From: a virus | Lineage: Duplodnaviria; Caudoviricetes | DNA length: 58,440 bases | Reading direction: 5' to 3' (one strand) | Virus record (IMG/VR): IMGVR_UViG_3300027757_000006 | Coordinates: 1-58,440 of that record | Shown: positions 19,601 through 30,000 of the stretch, one piece after another | Layout: each line of letters begins with the position of its first letter | How positions within the stretch are numbered: position 1 is the stretch's first letter | The notes under the pieces: generated by a model | What the model was told of the DNA's origin: nothing | The model's database searches: none | What the model saw: the letters and a program-made list of their open reading frames with translations, nothing else | Position numbers and translations under genes: made by a program

Positions 19601-21397
19601 GAAGTTTTCTTCAGGTCAATCGGTGGAACGGCTGCAACGAAAGAAACGCTGAGATCAACCTTTAAGGATATTGTCAAGAATCTTGATATTGTCGAAGCTA
19701 GGCTCGCGAAAACAAAGAAAAGTATTAAAGAGTTTAAGGCATCACAATCAGATGGAGGCGAGCGGGCCATGGGGGGAAGTGCGCCTCCTCTCGCTGGTGT
19801 AGCAGTCCCAGAAGACTTGACATCAAGGCTAAAAGCAGACGAGGCAGCTCAAGCAAGACTTCGACTGAACTATAAAACCTTAATTGAAAAGTACCCTAGT
19901 GCTCCAGAAGCCGCTAAAGGTCTAACTGACTTCGCTTCTCCTACCGGCACTGATACCGGCGGCGGCGGCGGCGGCGGCGGCAAGGCAGAAAAAGTGCGCA
20001 AGTCTTTGCTTGATTCAATCATAAATGAAGGCAAACTCATTGCCGCTACAAAAGCGAGGCTGGATAACGAGATAGATATTGGCGAAGCTCAAAACAAAAA
20101 CAACAGGTCAAGGGTAAATCAGTTAAACAACCAAAGAATTTCTATTGACTTTGCCGAACAAGCTGCACAGGTTGAACTGAAATATCTCGAAGCCCTTAAG
20201 GCTGCCGAGGGGCAAAAAGAACAGGGCGCATTGGTAGCAGAAGCTATTGCAACTAAACAAAACGACGACGCTCGCCTTTCAATTGAATATGCTGCAGAGC
20301 TTACGAAAGAAGCACAGCGATACAGGTTTGAGAAAGAAGCCATTGCAAAAGCGTCCGAAGACGAGCTGTTTAGCTTGCGCGATCAGCTTGGCTTGGTGAC
20401 AAACGAGCAGAGAATTGAAAGATTCAGGCAGTCAAGGAAAGACGCAGGGGATCCAAACGCTGAACAGCAAACCGATCTGTTCCGCCAAAGAATAGATCCA
20501 ACGTTGACGGAAGGGTTGAGCCAAAACATTCGCAGTTTGAAAAAAGAACTGGAAGATCTGGTAAATCCAATCAATCAAATCACTGGCGCAGCAAACGCTA
20601 TTGGCAGTGCATTCTCTCAGTCGTTCACCAATGCAATTACTGGTGCCACAAGTGCGAAGCAGGCATTGGCTGATTTTTTCAAGAGTGTTGGTAGTTATTT
20701 CTTGGATATGGCGGGGCAGATTATTGCGAAGATGGTGACAATAGCGGTTTTAGATGCTGCTTTGGGCCTTCTTGGTGGCAGCAGTGGTGGTGGTGGTGGT
20801 GGTGGTGGTGGTGGGTTTAACCCCAGCGCACCAAGTATTACAGGTAACTCACTCGGAGACTTTGGCGGTGGTACGCCTTTTGCTGGAGCGTTTAGGGCTA
20901 ACGGCGGCCCAGTTAGCGCAAATAAGCCATATATCGTGGGCGAACGTGGGATGGAGCTTATGGTCCCTTCGGGCAACGGAAACATTATTCCAAACGATGT
21001 CTTTTCGGCAAGTCGTGCTGCTATTTCTGGCGGCAGCCCATTGGGCCTTGCTGGCGGCTCTGGCGATCTTGGTCAGGACGGAATGGCCGAAAGTCGTAAT
21101 TACATCAACAACAACTACTCAACTCAGCAAGCCATTGCTCAAAGTCAAGCGGCTGTATCATCAAGCTCTATGTCAATGGAGCGAGTGATTGAGCGTAAGG
21201 CTGCAGAACGTCAAGCCACTGAAATGTCAGAGCCGATCAGGGTTAAGCTAGATACCACGGTGATCAACAATGTGGAATATCTAACAGTTGAGCAAGGACT
21301 TGCGCTTTCCGAATCCGCTTCTCGCAAGGCCCGTAGCCAGGTATTTTCTGACTTAAGGCAGCGGCCTGCATCAAGGTCCAAAGTGGGGCTTGGCTGA
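16607..21397 (+). CDS. Tape measure protein
   Basis: 1596 aa, Ala-rich helical, QIFSKGKVSAEE tape-measure motif, C-terminal ANGGPV..YIVGERG motif. Confidence 0.95.
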   Translation: MASKTVSPVDIKIKVTGAEQLASLKSSFRDLSKQTKLSDISIVQAAKDIRNFAAEAGNSEATVRGQIKALEGLRQQAAMGGRMYKFLAAKIGDLGLAIKGSSTQIEEQRSALLEIGSAASSSSAQIKKAIDGLKQLRNQASQDSQAFFGLSKEIDELTKKVNSLDAALEQNASRNRARAASVSGVLAKYEAAARKQAQAAKEREEIVRGEVIALSEKGKATEELAKKENQLTAAIARRKQLGIQETAREARRSVRAGAQVYTGNVELGPIDALDQRLGDLPATTAAFSQRLTELQDRLINTVRSSDQYVAVALRIAQVQREATATAQGLGAALVKDLASGNTVRNQKNLREAIGQLQAEMNELNTETAEGSSKYAENARQVNNLQKELNEIAGSYRNVTDMARQASTAQGVYANTSVGGNYLRRGIVRQQEAARAELGAAVRAGVASTPLLLPAAGQTTAPGTGLARSGMARGVFDLTGNVTRARPVPADFPGLKEDAAALPTAATGVNAALGMSEPIKKQANALREAAAAYKPYNAEIRKAKAANNGSISGINNLKAALERKRNELPTTTAAFKRLTQQIENLDRQSEKASRRMSRRKFSPGKAAQVAGATISGGIFGGPEGFLGGAIGGAVGGVGGSFAGAALGAQVGQLRQQLGGFAEYAASIEKLKIALNGIAGDASNYNQALQAAADVTKELNIPQEVAIRGITRLTAAVKGAGGGIADAELAFKNINSAIIATGGGAEQVEGAVTALVQIFSKGKVSAEEINQIAERLPGTFNKIAEASGRTGPELTKALQKGEVGLNDLMKFLVQLGGEYGELAKKIAGSSESAGARLTVAYDKMRLEIGKALQPIGAEFQEAFLEFITDIGPSLVVMAKAVGEGMRFIIQNRGAILTIASFAAKLVAVNFALKAFVALSGPLKLMFALIRTGFRQTTQQASLAATKLARFGTTVKTLAASLAAPIVISFAIVGAELVISYFNRIKQAKADLDASGTKPQGEVFFRSIGGTAATKETLRSTFKDIVKNLDIVEARLAKTKKSIKEFKASQSDGGERAMGGSAPPLAGVAVPEDLTSRLKADEAAQARLRLNYKTLIEKYPSAPEAAKGLTDFASPTGTDTGGGGGGGGKAEKVRKSLLDSIINEGKLIAATKARLDNEIDIGEAQNKNNRSRVNQLNNQRISIDFAEQAAQVELKYLEALKAAEGQKEQGALVAEAIATKQNDDARLSIEYAAELTKEAQRYRFEKEAIAKASEDELFSLRDQLGLVTNEQRIERFRQSRKDAGDPNAEQQTDLFRQRIDPTLTEGLSQNIRSLKKELEDLVNPINQITGAANAIGSAFSQSFTNAITGATSAKQALADFFKSVGSYFLDMAGQIIAKMVTIAVLDAALGLLGGSSGGGGGGGGGGFNPSAPSITGNSLGDFGGGTPFAGAFRANGGPVSANKPYIVGERGMELMVPSGNGNIIPNDVFSASRAAISGGSPLGLAGGSGDLGQDGMAESRNYINNNYSTQQAIAQSQAAVSSSSMSMERVIERKAAERQATEMSEPIRVKLDTTVINNVEYLTVEQGLALSESASRKARSQVFSDLRQRPASRSKVGLG

Positions 21398-21864
21398 TGC
21401 TTGCGATTGGCACTTATCTGAAGCTGGTTGATTTTCAAGGCTCAAACACTGGCTATGCCTTCCAGAATTTTTTCCAAGGCGAATCACGTACTTATTTAGG
21501 TACAAGTTATGTTTTTGCAGGGTTTGGCTTTAGCGGTGGAACGCTTGACCTGCAAGCTGCCAACATTTCGGCGGCAGTTGTGTTTGCTGTCAATCAATTG
21601 GATCTAAACATTTTCCAAACAGCATCTGATGAACGCTGGCTGGCAGAGATACGCACTGTATGGCTTGATCCTGATACGTTGGTTGAAACCAATAGGTACA
21701 GCGAGGAGCTTTACGCGGTGCTTGGTTTTGAGCATGATACGAGTAGGCTGCAGGTACGGCTAGGGAATCCTTTGGACGCAATTGAAGCCAACATTCCAAG
21801 GCGCGTACTCACTCAAGTCAGTGTGGGCGAGCTTCCCTCCACTGGAAACATTTCATTGAGATAA
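21397..21864 (+). CDS. Minor tail protein (tail tip, gpL-like position)
   Basis: Follows the tape measure gene; PLDAIEANIPRRVL..VGELP motif. Confidence 0.65.
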   Translation: MLAIGTYLKLVDFQGSNTGYAFQNFFQGESRTYLGTSYVFAGFGFSGGTLDLQAANISAAVVFAVNQLDLNIFQTASDERWLAEIRTVWLDPDTLVETNRYSEELYAVLGFEHDTSRLQVRLGNPLDAIEANIPRRVLTQVSVGELPSTGNISLR

Positions 21865-24800
21865 TGCTGAGCCCTAACAAAAATCGAATTATGCTCCTCC
21901 CGCAGGATCGGGAGATTATGGGCATCACTGGGATGTCTCAAGAGCAATATGTGTGGTTTTGTCGTCAAGCGATTCTCCGTAGCAAGCTAAGACCTGGCGA
22001 GCTTGTTGCCTTAGAGCCATTCACTATTATTCTGATCAACCTTGCGATTGGTCTTGTGCTATCTGCTGCGTCGGCACTGCTAGCGCCTAAGCCTCAAGTA
22101 AGAAAAGCTCCTGACGTAAGGACAAGAAATGTAGACGGGCAGACCATCGTTAGGGGGGATCAATTTACAGCCAAAAGCGGTTTTGACACTGTTCAAAACG
22201 TTGTTGAGATTGGAAGCACCATTCCTATCGTTTATGCCAATCGTCAGTTAATTGATGGCAAATATTACGGAGGGGTTAGAGTAAATACCAACCTGCTGTG
22301 GTCTCAAATTTATAGTATTGGTGGCGGGCAGCTGCTAAGAGCTATTTTCTTGGTCGGAGAGTCGAGCGATACTGGAGATAGGTTTGAAGGAATGATTATT
22401 GACCCAGGGCAGTTTGCTATCGGCAACAACCTTCTTAATGGATACGACTTAGGTCTCTCTACTACAGGAAGAATATCTGCTTATTACAACAACACTGGCG
22501 GAAGGATTACTTCAGGAGATTACATTTCTGGTGTAACGCCTCCCAGTGACGAAGCAAACTCAGAAAACGACGGGGCAGATGATGTCTTTCAGGTGAAAAA
22601 TGCAAACGGAGGTTATCAACCTGCTTTTTGTTTCACCTCAAAGCCTTCTACGCAAACCTCAATAGGGGTATATGGATTCATTGGCAACAATCTGGGTTAC
22701 AGGGTTAATCCTGTATTCAGGCCAGGCAGACAGTTTACTGTAAGAACTGATAACGAAGTAAATTGCAAGTCAGACTGGCAAGAGTTGGCGAATCGCGATA
22801 AGCAAAACACAATCTTCGCTGGCAAATCTTGTTTGTACGCAAAGAATGGCGTTCCGACATCTGGAAATAGTGTTTTAGTAAATACGGGTGAAAAGCTTAG
22901 CTATAGGCTTCTAAGCTCATGCGCCCTGGATGATTACCCAAATGGTTTTACTCGCGGAGGAGGCTTGGGAGAAGCGACTGTAGGAGATGTCGCGGGTGCT
23001 GTAGCGGGGCGTCAAAAGCAGTACGACGAATTAATAAACATTGGTCAGCTTTATAAAATTGGCAGCGCCTTGGCAATTTGTTCTGACCGCAGCTTGCAGC
23101 CATTCATTTCTGATGCTGACCTGACTCCTACGGGTGGGGGCAGGGATATGACGGCGGAGTTTACGGTAGTTCGTCAAGGCGCAGTTGATTTTGTCTCCCT
23201 AAGTGACGCTGATACTAGCTCTGCCCGAATAGCAAGCAGCACTGCTCATATTATGCGTTGCGCTATAGCCAATATCGTGACTGAGCGTGGCTCTAGGATG
23301 ATAGAAATAGGCTTTAGAAGTCGCTTGCAGTTAAACGTTTCAGGCATTTGTAATTTTAGAGATACTAAAACTTACTCTCAGATAGACGACGAGGCATGTG
23401 ACAATTTTAACGGTGAGGACGCTGATGGCGCTTCGCCTGTAAATTTTGCTAGCGGCACCTATACAGGCCCAGAGTTAAGGTATAGCTTTTTTCGCATTTC
23501 TTATCGAGTAGCTGCAAGCAATTCAGAGTTTACCGAAATAAGCACTATTTTTGGAGCGAGAAGTGCTACTGGCGTCGATGTTTACAACTATCTTAAGCTA
23601 GATTTTACTTTTGAGAATCGATACGAGATACGGATCGAGCCTTTATCGTCCTGGGAAATACGCACAGGTGCAGCTGCTGGCCAGCTAGCTGTTTTGGATT
23701 ACTCGGTGCAAAGCATTCAAACAATTAACGAAGGTGGGGTGGTACTGCAATTCTCAGGCGAAATTATTCCTAGAAATGTTGACAGTTTTAGTGTATCGGT
23801 ATTCTATCCAAAAGGAGGCCTTACGCTAGCCGGAAGCAGAGAAGATAGCCCATATTACGTGGACTCTTACGCAAAAATAGCGGAGGCTTTTATTTACAAT
23901 GAAGTCACAAGCAGCGCCTCTCAACCTGAGCACGAAATTGTTTACATAAACAATGTTTCAAGCAGTGCCATAGTTCCAAGATATTTCGCGTCAGCAATCG
24001 TGGGATTGAATATTAAAAGCAGTGAAGAGGTAAAAAGTCTTCAGCAGTTTAGTGCTTACGTGAATAAAGGCGTTAGGTCCACCAGCAGGTTCCCTGACGT
24101 GCTATACGATCTCTTTACAAACGACAGGTACGGCGTTGGTTCAATAATGAGCCCCCAACAGATCGATAAAGCGAGTTTTGATTCCGCTGCTGACTGGAAT
24201 TATTCAAGAAAGTATTTCTTTGACGGTGCTGTTACTGAAAAGCAAAATCTTAGAACATGGGGAGCCCAAAGAGCCGCTGACTTCCTCCTGGATCTTGTTA
24301 TAAGAAACGGTAAGTTTGCATTGCAGCCCGTAGCTAATTTTGAAGGGCCAGAAACAATAACTCAACTTTTCACGTCAGGCAATATAATTGATGGCTCTTT
24401 TGAGTTAAATTATTTTGACGCGGCGGATCGTATACCGCCAAGAATTTCCGTAAAATGGCGAGAGGAGAGAAACGAGACTGGAGATTTCTCCAGGGGGCTA
24501 TTTCCTGTTGTCAGAGAAGTCATAGTTCGAGAGGCTGGGGTCGAAAACCTTGCGCCTATAGAGTCGATTGATATTAGCGATTTCGCGACAAGCGAAAGAC
24601 ATGCAATAGACAGAGGCAAATGGGAATGCAGATTCCGCAGACTTGTAACTCATTCAATTAAATTCAAGACTACCCCTAGCGAGGCCAATCTCGATATTGG
24701 TGGCGTATTCAAGCTAGGGCTTGAGACAACAACTTTTGACCAGCCTCAAAACGGTGCCATCGCATCCGATGGAACAATCACTTCTTGGCCGCCACTCGCT

Positions 24801-25085
24801 GATGGCAATTATTCTGTTCTGCTTTGGGATGGGGCTTCAACACAAATCACTGAGACAACAATGCTTGTACAAAACGGCTCAACAAGTTTTTCTGATTCAG
24901 TGTTCTGCATAAACAGTGGAAGCACTAACGTCCAAACATACAAGACTCAATCTCTTTCTTTTGACGAAGACGGTAACATTGAGGTTGAGGCTATTCACTT
25001 TCCAACCAACAGTAACGATGAAAGCCTGGTCGTCGATGGTTTTGACAATGACAGCAACTGGCTTTTGGAGGGCTTGATCGGCTAA
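21864..25085 (+). CDS. Tail tip / host-specificity protein (gpJ-like hub)
   Basis: GSTIPIVYA, FPDVLYDL, FFDGAV and LFTSGNI motifs; 1073 aa. Confidence 0.8.
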   Translation: MLSPNKNRIMLLPQDREIMGITGMSQEQYVWFCRQAILRSKLRPGELVALEPFTIILINLAIGLVLSAASALLAPKPQVRKAPDVRTRNVDGQTIVRGDQFTAKSGFDTVQNVVEIGSTIPIVYANRQLIDGKYYGGVRVNTNLLWSQIYSIGGGQLLRAIFLVGESSDTGDRFEGMIIDPGQFAIGNNLLNGYDLGLSTTGRISAYYNNTGGRITSGDYISGVTPPSDEANSENDGADDVFQVKNANGGYQPAFCFTSKPSTQTSIGVYGFIGNNLGYRVNPVFRPGRQFTVRTDNEVNCKSDWQELANRDKQNTIFAGKSCLYAKNGVPTSGNSVLVNTGEKLSYRLLSSCALDDYPNGFTRGGGLGEATVGDVAGAVAGRQKQYDELINIGQLYKIGSALAICSDRSLQPFISDADLTPTGGGRDMTAEFTVVRQGAVDFVSLSDADTSSARIASSTAHIMRCAIANIVTERGSRMIEIGFRSRLQLNVSGICNFRDTKTYSQIDDEACDNFNGEDADGASPVNFASGTYTGPELRYSFFRISYRVAASNSEFTEISTIFGARSATGVDVYNYLKLDFTFENRYEIRIEPLSSWEIRTGAAAGQLAVLDYSVQSIQTINEGGVVLQFSGEIIPRNVDSFSVSVFYPKGGLTLAGSREDSPYYVDSYAKIAEAFIYNEVTSSASQPEHEIVYINNVSSSAIVPRYFASAIVGLNIKSSEEVKSLQQFSAYVNKGVRSTSRFPDVLYDLFTNDRYGVGSIMSPQQIDKASFDSAADWNYSRKYFFDGAVTEKQNLRTWGAQRAADFLLDLVIRNGKFALQPVANFEGPETITQLFTSGNIIDGSFELNYFDAADRIPPRISVKWREERNETGDFSRGLFPVVREVIVREAGVENLAPIESIDISDFATSERHAIDRGKWECRFRRLVTHSIKFKTTPSEANLDIGGVFKLGLETTTFDQPQNGAIASDGTITSWPPLADGNYSVLLWDGASTQITETTMLVQNGSTSFSDSVFCINSGSTNVQTYKTQSLSFDEDGNIEVEAIHFPTNSNDESLVVDGFDNDSNWLLEGLIG

Positions 25086-25465
25086 TGACAGTTTCTTTTC
25101 CATCACTTATACCTACTCAGCGCACCTATACGGTTGGCGATTATCCCACTAAGCGTTTTAACAGCATCAGCGGCGCTGGTACGACAAGGCTTTACGGAAG
25201 CAAAGCATTCGACGCTGTTTTGGACTTAGAGTTTTCGGCTGACGATGCAGAGCTAACAACGATTTTGGCTTGTTTTAATTCTGCTTACGGTTCAGGCACT
25301 GCCTTGACCCTGCCATCGTCGATCTTCAATGGAATGAACTCTGCCTTGCAAGCTCAAATCCCAAGCTATGTTACTTGGCGTTGGCAAGAGACTCCTCAGG
25401 TCCAATCAGTTTTCAATAATCGATCAAGAGTCACCGTGAAATTAATTGGAACATTGGATGGTTGA
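25085..25465 (+). CDS. Distal tail-like minor tail protein
   Basis: FPSLIPTQR..G.YP and WRWQETPQV motifs; tail cluster. Confidence 0.6.
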   Translation: MTVSFPSLIPTQRTYTVGDYPTKRFNSISGAGTTRLYGSKAFDAVLDLEFSADDAELTTILACFNSAYGSGTALTLPSSIFNGMNSALQAQIPSYVTWRWQETPQVQSVFNNRSRVTVKLIGTLDG

Positions 25466-25501
25466 CTTTAGTGAGTAGAATGATTCAAAAGGCTTGTAGT
25501 T

Positions 25502-25900
25502 ATGGCTGTTCGCACTGGCAGTAACGGACAACTCAGGTGGCGGGGGACGGTGGTTGCTCGCGTCCGCTCTTGGTCGTTGAACATTTCAAAAGACAGTTTG
25601 GAGACTACCGGGATTGGAGTCTTTGATCGTTCTTACGTTTCCGGCTTAAGAGGAGCAACGGGCACTGCTGAAATCATGTACGACCCAGCCGAGGCAAGCG
25701 CAACAGCGCTTTTCAACGATGTTTTGAATAATTCCTCAGAACCCTTGAGCAACATTGAGCTTGTTTTGGATTCCGCTGGCGGCAGCCAGTTAAGCGGTTC
25801 TGCAGTTTTGACAAGTATTTCCCCCAGCGTTTCTGTTGGTGCGGTCACCTCTTGCAGCGTTGGCTTCCAGGTTTCTGGACCTTTAACTGGAGGATTCTAA
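25502..25900 (+). CDS. Tail-tube-like minor tail protein
   Basis: VRSWSLNISKDSLETT..YVSGLRGATG..FQVSG tube-fold pattern. Confidence 0.7.
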   Translation: MAVRTGSNGQLRWRGTVVARVRSWSLNISKDSLETTGIGVFDRSYVSGLRGATGTAEIMYDPAEASATALFNDVLNNSSEPLSNIELVLDSAGGSQLSGSAVLTSISPSVSVGAVTSCSVGFQVSGPLTGGF

Positions 25901-25904
25901 TGCC

Positions 25905-26987
25905 ATGGCGGTACTTGGAATTGATGGAATTGTTCGACTAAGAAGAGAAGCGCCGCTGCCTATTGTTGTAAGCTCTTCAGTACTCAGGGCCGATATTGAC
26001 GCTATTGTTTTAAGTAATCAAGATTTCTGGTCAGGGGATGAGGTGTATCTCTTCTCCCAGGAAGGGCTTCCTTTATCAGGTCAGTGCTCAAACGGCTCTG
26101 CAATGTATGCAGGAGGATTTCTTGAAACAGGCCCTAATCGTTCTCACATAGCAGACAACGATGATTTTTTCTACAAAAGAGGTGTAGGAGAAGATTCAGA
26201 TAACTTTTACTGTGGCGTTGGAGCTAAAAGTGCGGAGTATTTTGTTTATAAAGATTCCCTAAACAGGCTCAGCTTTTATACAGATTATTGCTCTGCTGTT
26301 AACGGTGGGTCTATCAACAAAGTTAACTTGGCTCAGTACGATTTTAACGTTTTGTTAATTGCTGCGGCAGGTACTCAGGATTACAACAATGCTCTAACTG
26401 AATGCGTTTCAGGCGTCAGAGACTACAGATTCAGCGACGTTAGAGATGAGGTGACGCTTGAAAGTATTTGCGACTTTGCGCCCTCTTATCAGAGCCCTGC
26501 CGCAGGCACTGCTGAGTATGATGACGCAGACCTTACGCCAAGGAGTGCGGTAAACGGTTTCCCTTGGGTGTTGCAATGCGAGTTAGCTGAGTGGTCTTTA
26601 GAACTAGACGGTGCGGCTGTTGATACCACTCAGGTTGGCGAGAAATTTGGCGAAAATATAAAAAGTATCATTACCGGTGGTGGGAAATTTGATTTCCAAA
26701 TTGGAGAGGCAGGACATTCGTCCGCTAGCGGAGACAGGCCCGTAGACCCAAGCTACTTGCTTCAGCTTCTGCAATTAACGGAGCGAGGCGCGAAAGCTGA
26801 AGCGGAATTTTGGTTAATGCAGCGGAAGGTCAGCGATACGTGCAGTGTTTTGGCTAGAGGTGGGCTTTATTACGCTACAAATATTTTGATAACGAACATT
26901 GCGGTGAACGTCAGGGCTACGGATGTGATCGTTGGTTCGGCCAACTTCGCGACATCTGGCGAAATTGCATTAAAAGTGGGAGTATAA
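25905..26987 (+). CDS. Tail-tube-like protein with inserted domain
   Basis: EWSLELDGAAVDTTQVGE...FATSGEI tube-like C-half. Confidence 0.65.
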   Translation: MAVLGIDGIVRLRREAPLPIVVSSSVLRADIDAIVLSNQDFWSGDEVYLFSQEGLPLSGQCSNGSAMYAGGFLETGPNRSHIADNDDFFYKRGVGEDSDNFYCGVGAKSAEYFVYKDSLNRLSFYTDYCSAVNGGSINKVNLAQYDFNVLLIAAAGTQDYNNALTECVSGVRDYRFSDVRDEVTLESICDFAPSYQSPAAGTAEYDDADLTPRSAVNGFPWVLQCELAEWSLELDGAAVDTTQVGEKFGENIKSIITGGGKFDFQIGEAGHSSASGDRPVDPSYLLQLLQLTERGAKAEAEFWLMQRKVSDTCSVLARGGLYYATNILITNIAVNVRATDVIVGSANFATSGEIALKVGV

Positions 26988-27019
26988 TGACTAAAGTGGG
27001 ACAAAGAGCATTCGGTTAA

Positions 27020-30000
27020 ATGGCAATCGTTACACCGGGTCAGCCTGGAGCTATTGACAATATTGACATTAGTCAAAACACGTTCCGCACTCAGGCTGGC
27101 GAAGTCACCAGCGCGGTGTTGCGTCTTGCTGGCGGGGAAGTGGACTCAACGTCTACGACAACGCTTTACGTTAACCATGAGATTGGTTCTGACAAATTTG
27201 TCGCCGGTATCGCAGACAATACGGTAACTCCTCCTCTAAGCAATCAACAGCTTACTTGCGGCTACTCGGAGTCAGCACCATTCAAAACCCTCAATAGAGG
27301 GCTAATCGAGGCAGCTCGCTTGTCCGTTCAAAGCGGAGTTGGGAATGATTTGTATGACCGTGTTCTAATCAAAGTCGCTGCCAGCGAATACGTTGTTGAC
27401 AACACTCCGAGCACGGGTCTAACTGTGAGCCAGTGGCCTAATGATTACGAGCCTACCGAAGAAGACCTAAGAGCTTTTAACTCTGAAGACATGGGAATTA
27501 TTCTCCCAAGAGGAGTTTCAATTATTGGTGCTGACCTTCGTAAAAGTGTCATACGTCCCAGGTCCGTACCAAGTGCAGGCGGCAATCCAGTAACCGACAG
27601 AGGTAGTTTATTCAAAACCACTGGGGGTTCGTTCTTTTTTAATTTTACTTTTAAAGATTCTCTTACCTATCAATCTTCTCATCACCTGCTTCAAGCCTTT
27701 TCTTTCTGTTCCCAGTCTGATTTAACCGCTTATTACCAGAAAATCGCAACCGCTTTCAATCTTTCATCTTCTGACGTTGAAGTTATAAATCCAGGCGAAA
27801 CACAAATCACCACCGAATACCCTGACAATCAGGTTTCAGCTGCGACAGATTCTGTTAAAGGCAGTTCTGGATATGTCTTTAATTGCAGCTTGCGCTCCGA
27901 CTACGGCATGTGCGGCATGTATCTTGACGGAAGTGATGGTGTTTCAGGACTACGCTCAATGGTCGTAGCCCAGTTCACAATTGTTGCGCTTCAGCGTGAC
28001 ATGAATGCTTGGCAGATTTACACAGGAGGCTCTTGGCAGACTTGCAGTGGATACAACGAGTACATAAACGCAGATAGTAACGATGTAAGGTCGCGAATCT
28101 CTGGGAACTTTTCTCCTTCCACTGGATGCTATGAAGTGGATTATAGAAGTTTCGGCTTCAAGGTCACAAATAGCGCCTTAACGCAAGAGGTCAGCTGTTT
28201 TGTTATCGGCTCAAACGTGCATCACTGGACGGCTTCAGGTGGAGAATGCACTATTACCAATAGTAATAGTAATTTTGGCAACACAGCTTTACTTAGCAGT
28301 GGTTTTAGAGGTATTAGCACAACAGGTGGCGCGTTTGCCCAAGACAAAGGATTTCAAGCACTTCGTATCCGTAGACCTCTAAAAGTAAAAACAGATGGGA
28401 GCAACATCCGCAGAATCGGAATTGGTAACGTATCTAGCTTGGGATACGACAGTGCAACAGGCGCTATTAATTTACAAGTTGCTTTTGACCCAGAGACAGC
28501 TTTTGCTAACAACGGGTATAGCTTGAAAGAAGGAGACTATATTTGGATTGAAAATAGCAGTCGCTCCGAGGGGCCTGGGGCTTCAGCAAGCCAAGCAATT
28601 GATGTACGAGCTAAGTTGGCCTCTGTGCCTTTTGATTCGGCAAATCCTACTCAGATAATTGTTGTTGACGGAGGTATTGACGACCCTAGCGTAAACAACA
28701 TCTCAACCATTTCAAACCAAACCTTAGAAGGCAACCGTGTCTACATCAGAAGGCTTTCTGACACTAGGAAGCCCGAAGAACGTGAATATTCATTGGTTGT
28801 TTCTGGTAGTGCAACAACTCGCAGACCCGTAGGAAATTACATTTTACGCTTAGGGAACCGTAGCACCCTCAACCAACAATTAGACCCCACAAACAATCCA
28901 AATGAAGTTTTTATTGTTTCAACCTCAAAAGACTCAGACAACTCTTTTGGCAGCGATGTTTATAAAATTGTTATTCGTCCTGGAGACAGCGCGTCTTCTT
29001 TCAATCCTTCTACTTTTTACAGAGTAGGGACTCCTGTATCAAGAAACAATAGAGTATTTCGGAGCAAGAGGAACAAAAGATTTAGCACGTTCTCCGCTGA
29101 AAATTTTGAAGCAAGCTTGCCAATGCTCCCTGACGAAAGAGGTGTTGAACTTTTAAGAACATCTTCAGGGCCTTTGTTGATTTTAGATAACGACCTGTCA
29201 AACAGTCCTACGAGCACTGACCTTGGAATAAATCAATCAACAAACAGCTTGATTCTTGATCAAGTAAGGAGTAGCACTGATTTTCAAGGCGTAAGTTCTT
29301 TGATGAGAGCAATTGGGTACACGGCTCAAGATGTTGGATTGCAAGAGAACGGAACACTTTCGGGGACTGTTCTTGAGCAACAAGACACAGAAGTATTAAG
29401 AGACTGGAATCCTGCTGATCCTCTCAGCCCTGTACCTTCTGGAAAAATCAACTCTAGGACAAACTGGCCACTAGAGTTTAACCGGCCAAGTATTATTAGA
29501 GCGTTTGCTCACGCCTATGAGTTTGTTGGATACGGCAATTACACAAAAGCGTTACCAAAGTATCAAGCAACACCGTTGTCTCAGCAAAATAAAATTGATT
29601 ATTTTGCGGTAAACCTGCTGGGTGGTCGCTGCTACAACACTGGATTCAACGAAGATGGCCTTCTAGTTCAAGGCAACGTAATTACGGACCTTGGTACTAA
29701 CCAAACTGTAAACAGTGAAATCGCTGGTTTGGGGGCTCTCGCCGGAGACCCTGATTTTCCGGCAACTCCTACTGATTTTGAAACTTTAAGCGTTACACAA
29801 CTTTTACAGTCTTCTCAGCGTACAGAGTTGACTAACGAAGTACTGATTAACGGAACAGTTGAAGGTTCCGTCACATTTGCAGACGGCGTACTGCCTGAAG
29901 CGACAGAAACACAAAGAGGTATTGTCAAACTTGCAACTGACTCAGATGCTGCAGGAATTAGCAACCCGTCAAATGCAAACGATGTTGACGCATTAACAGC

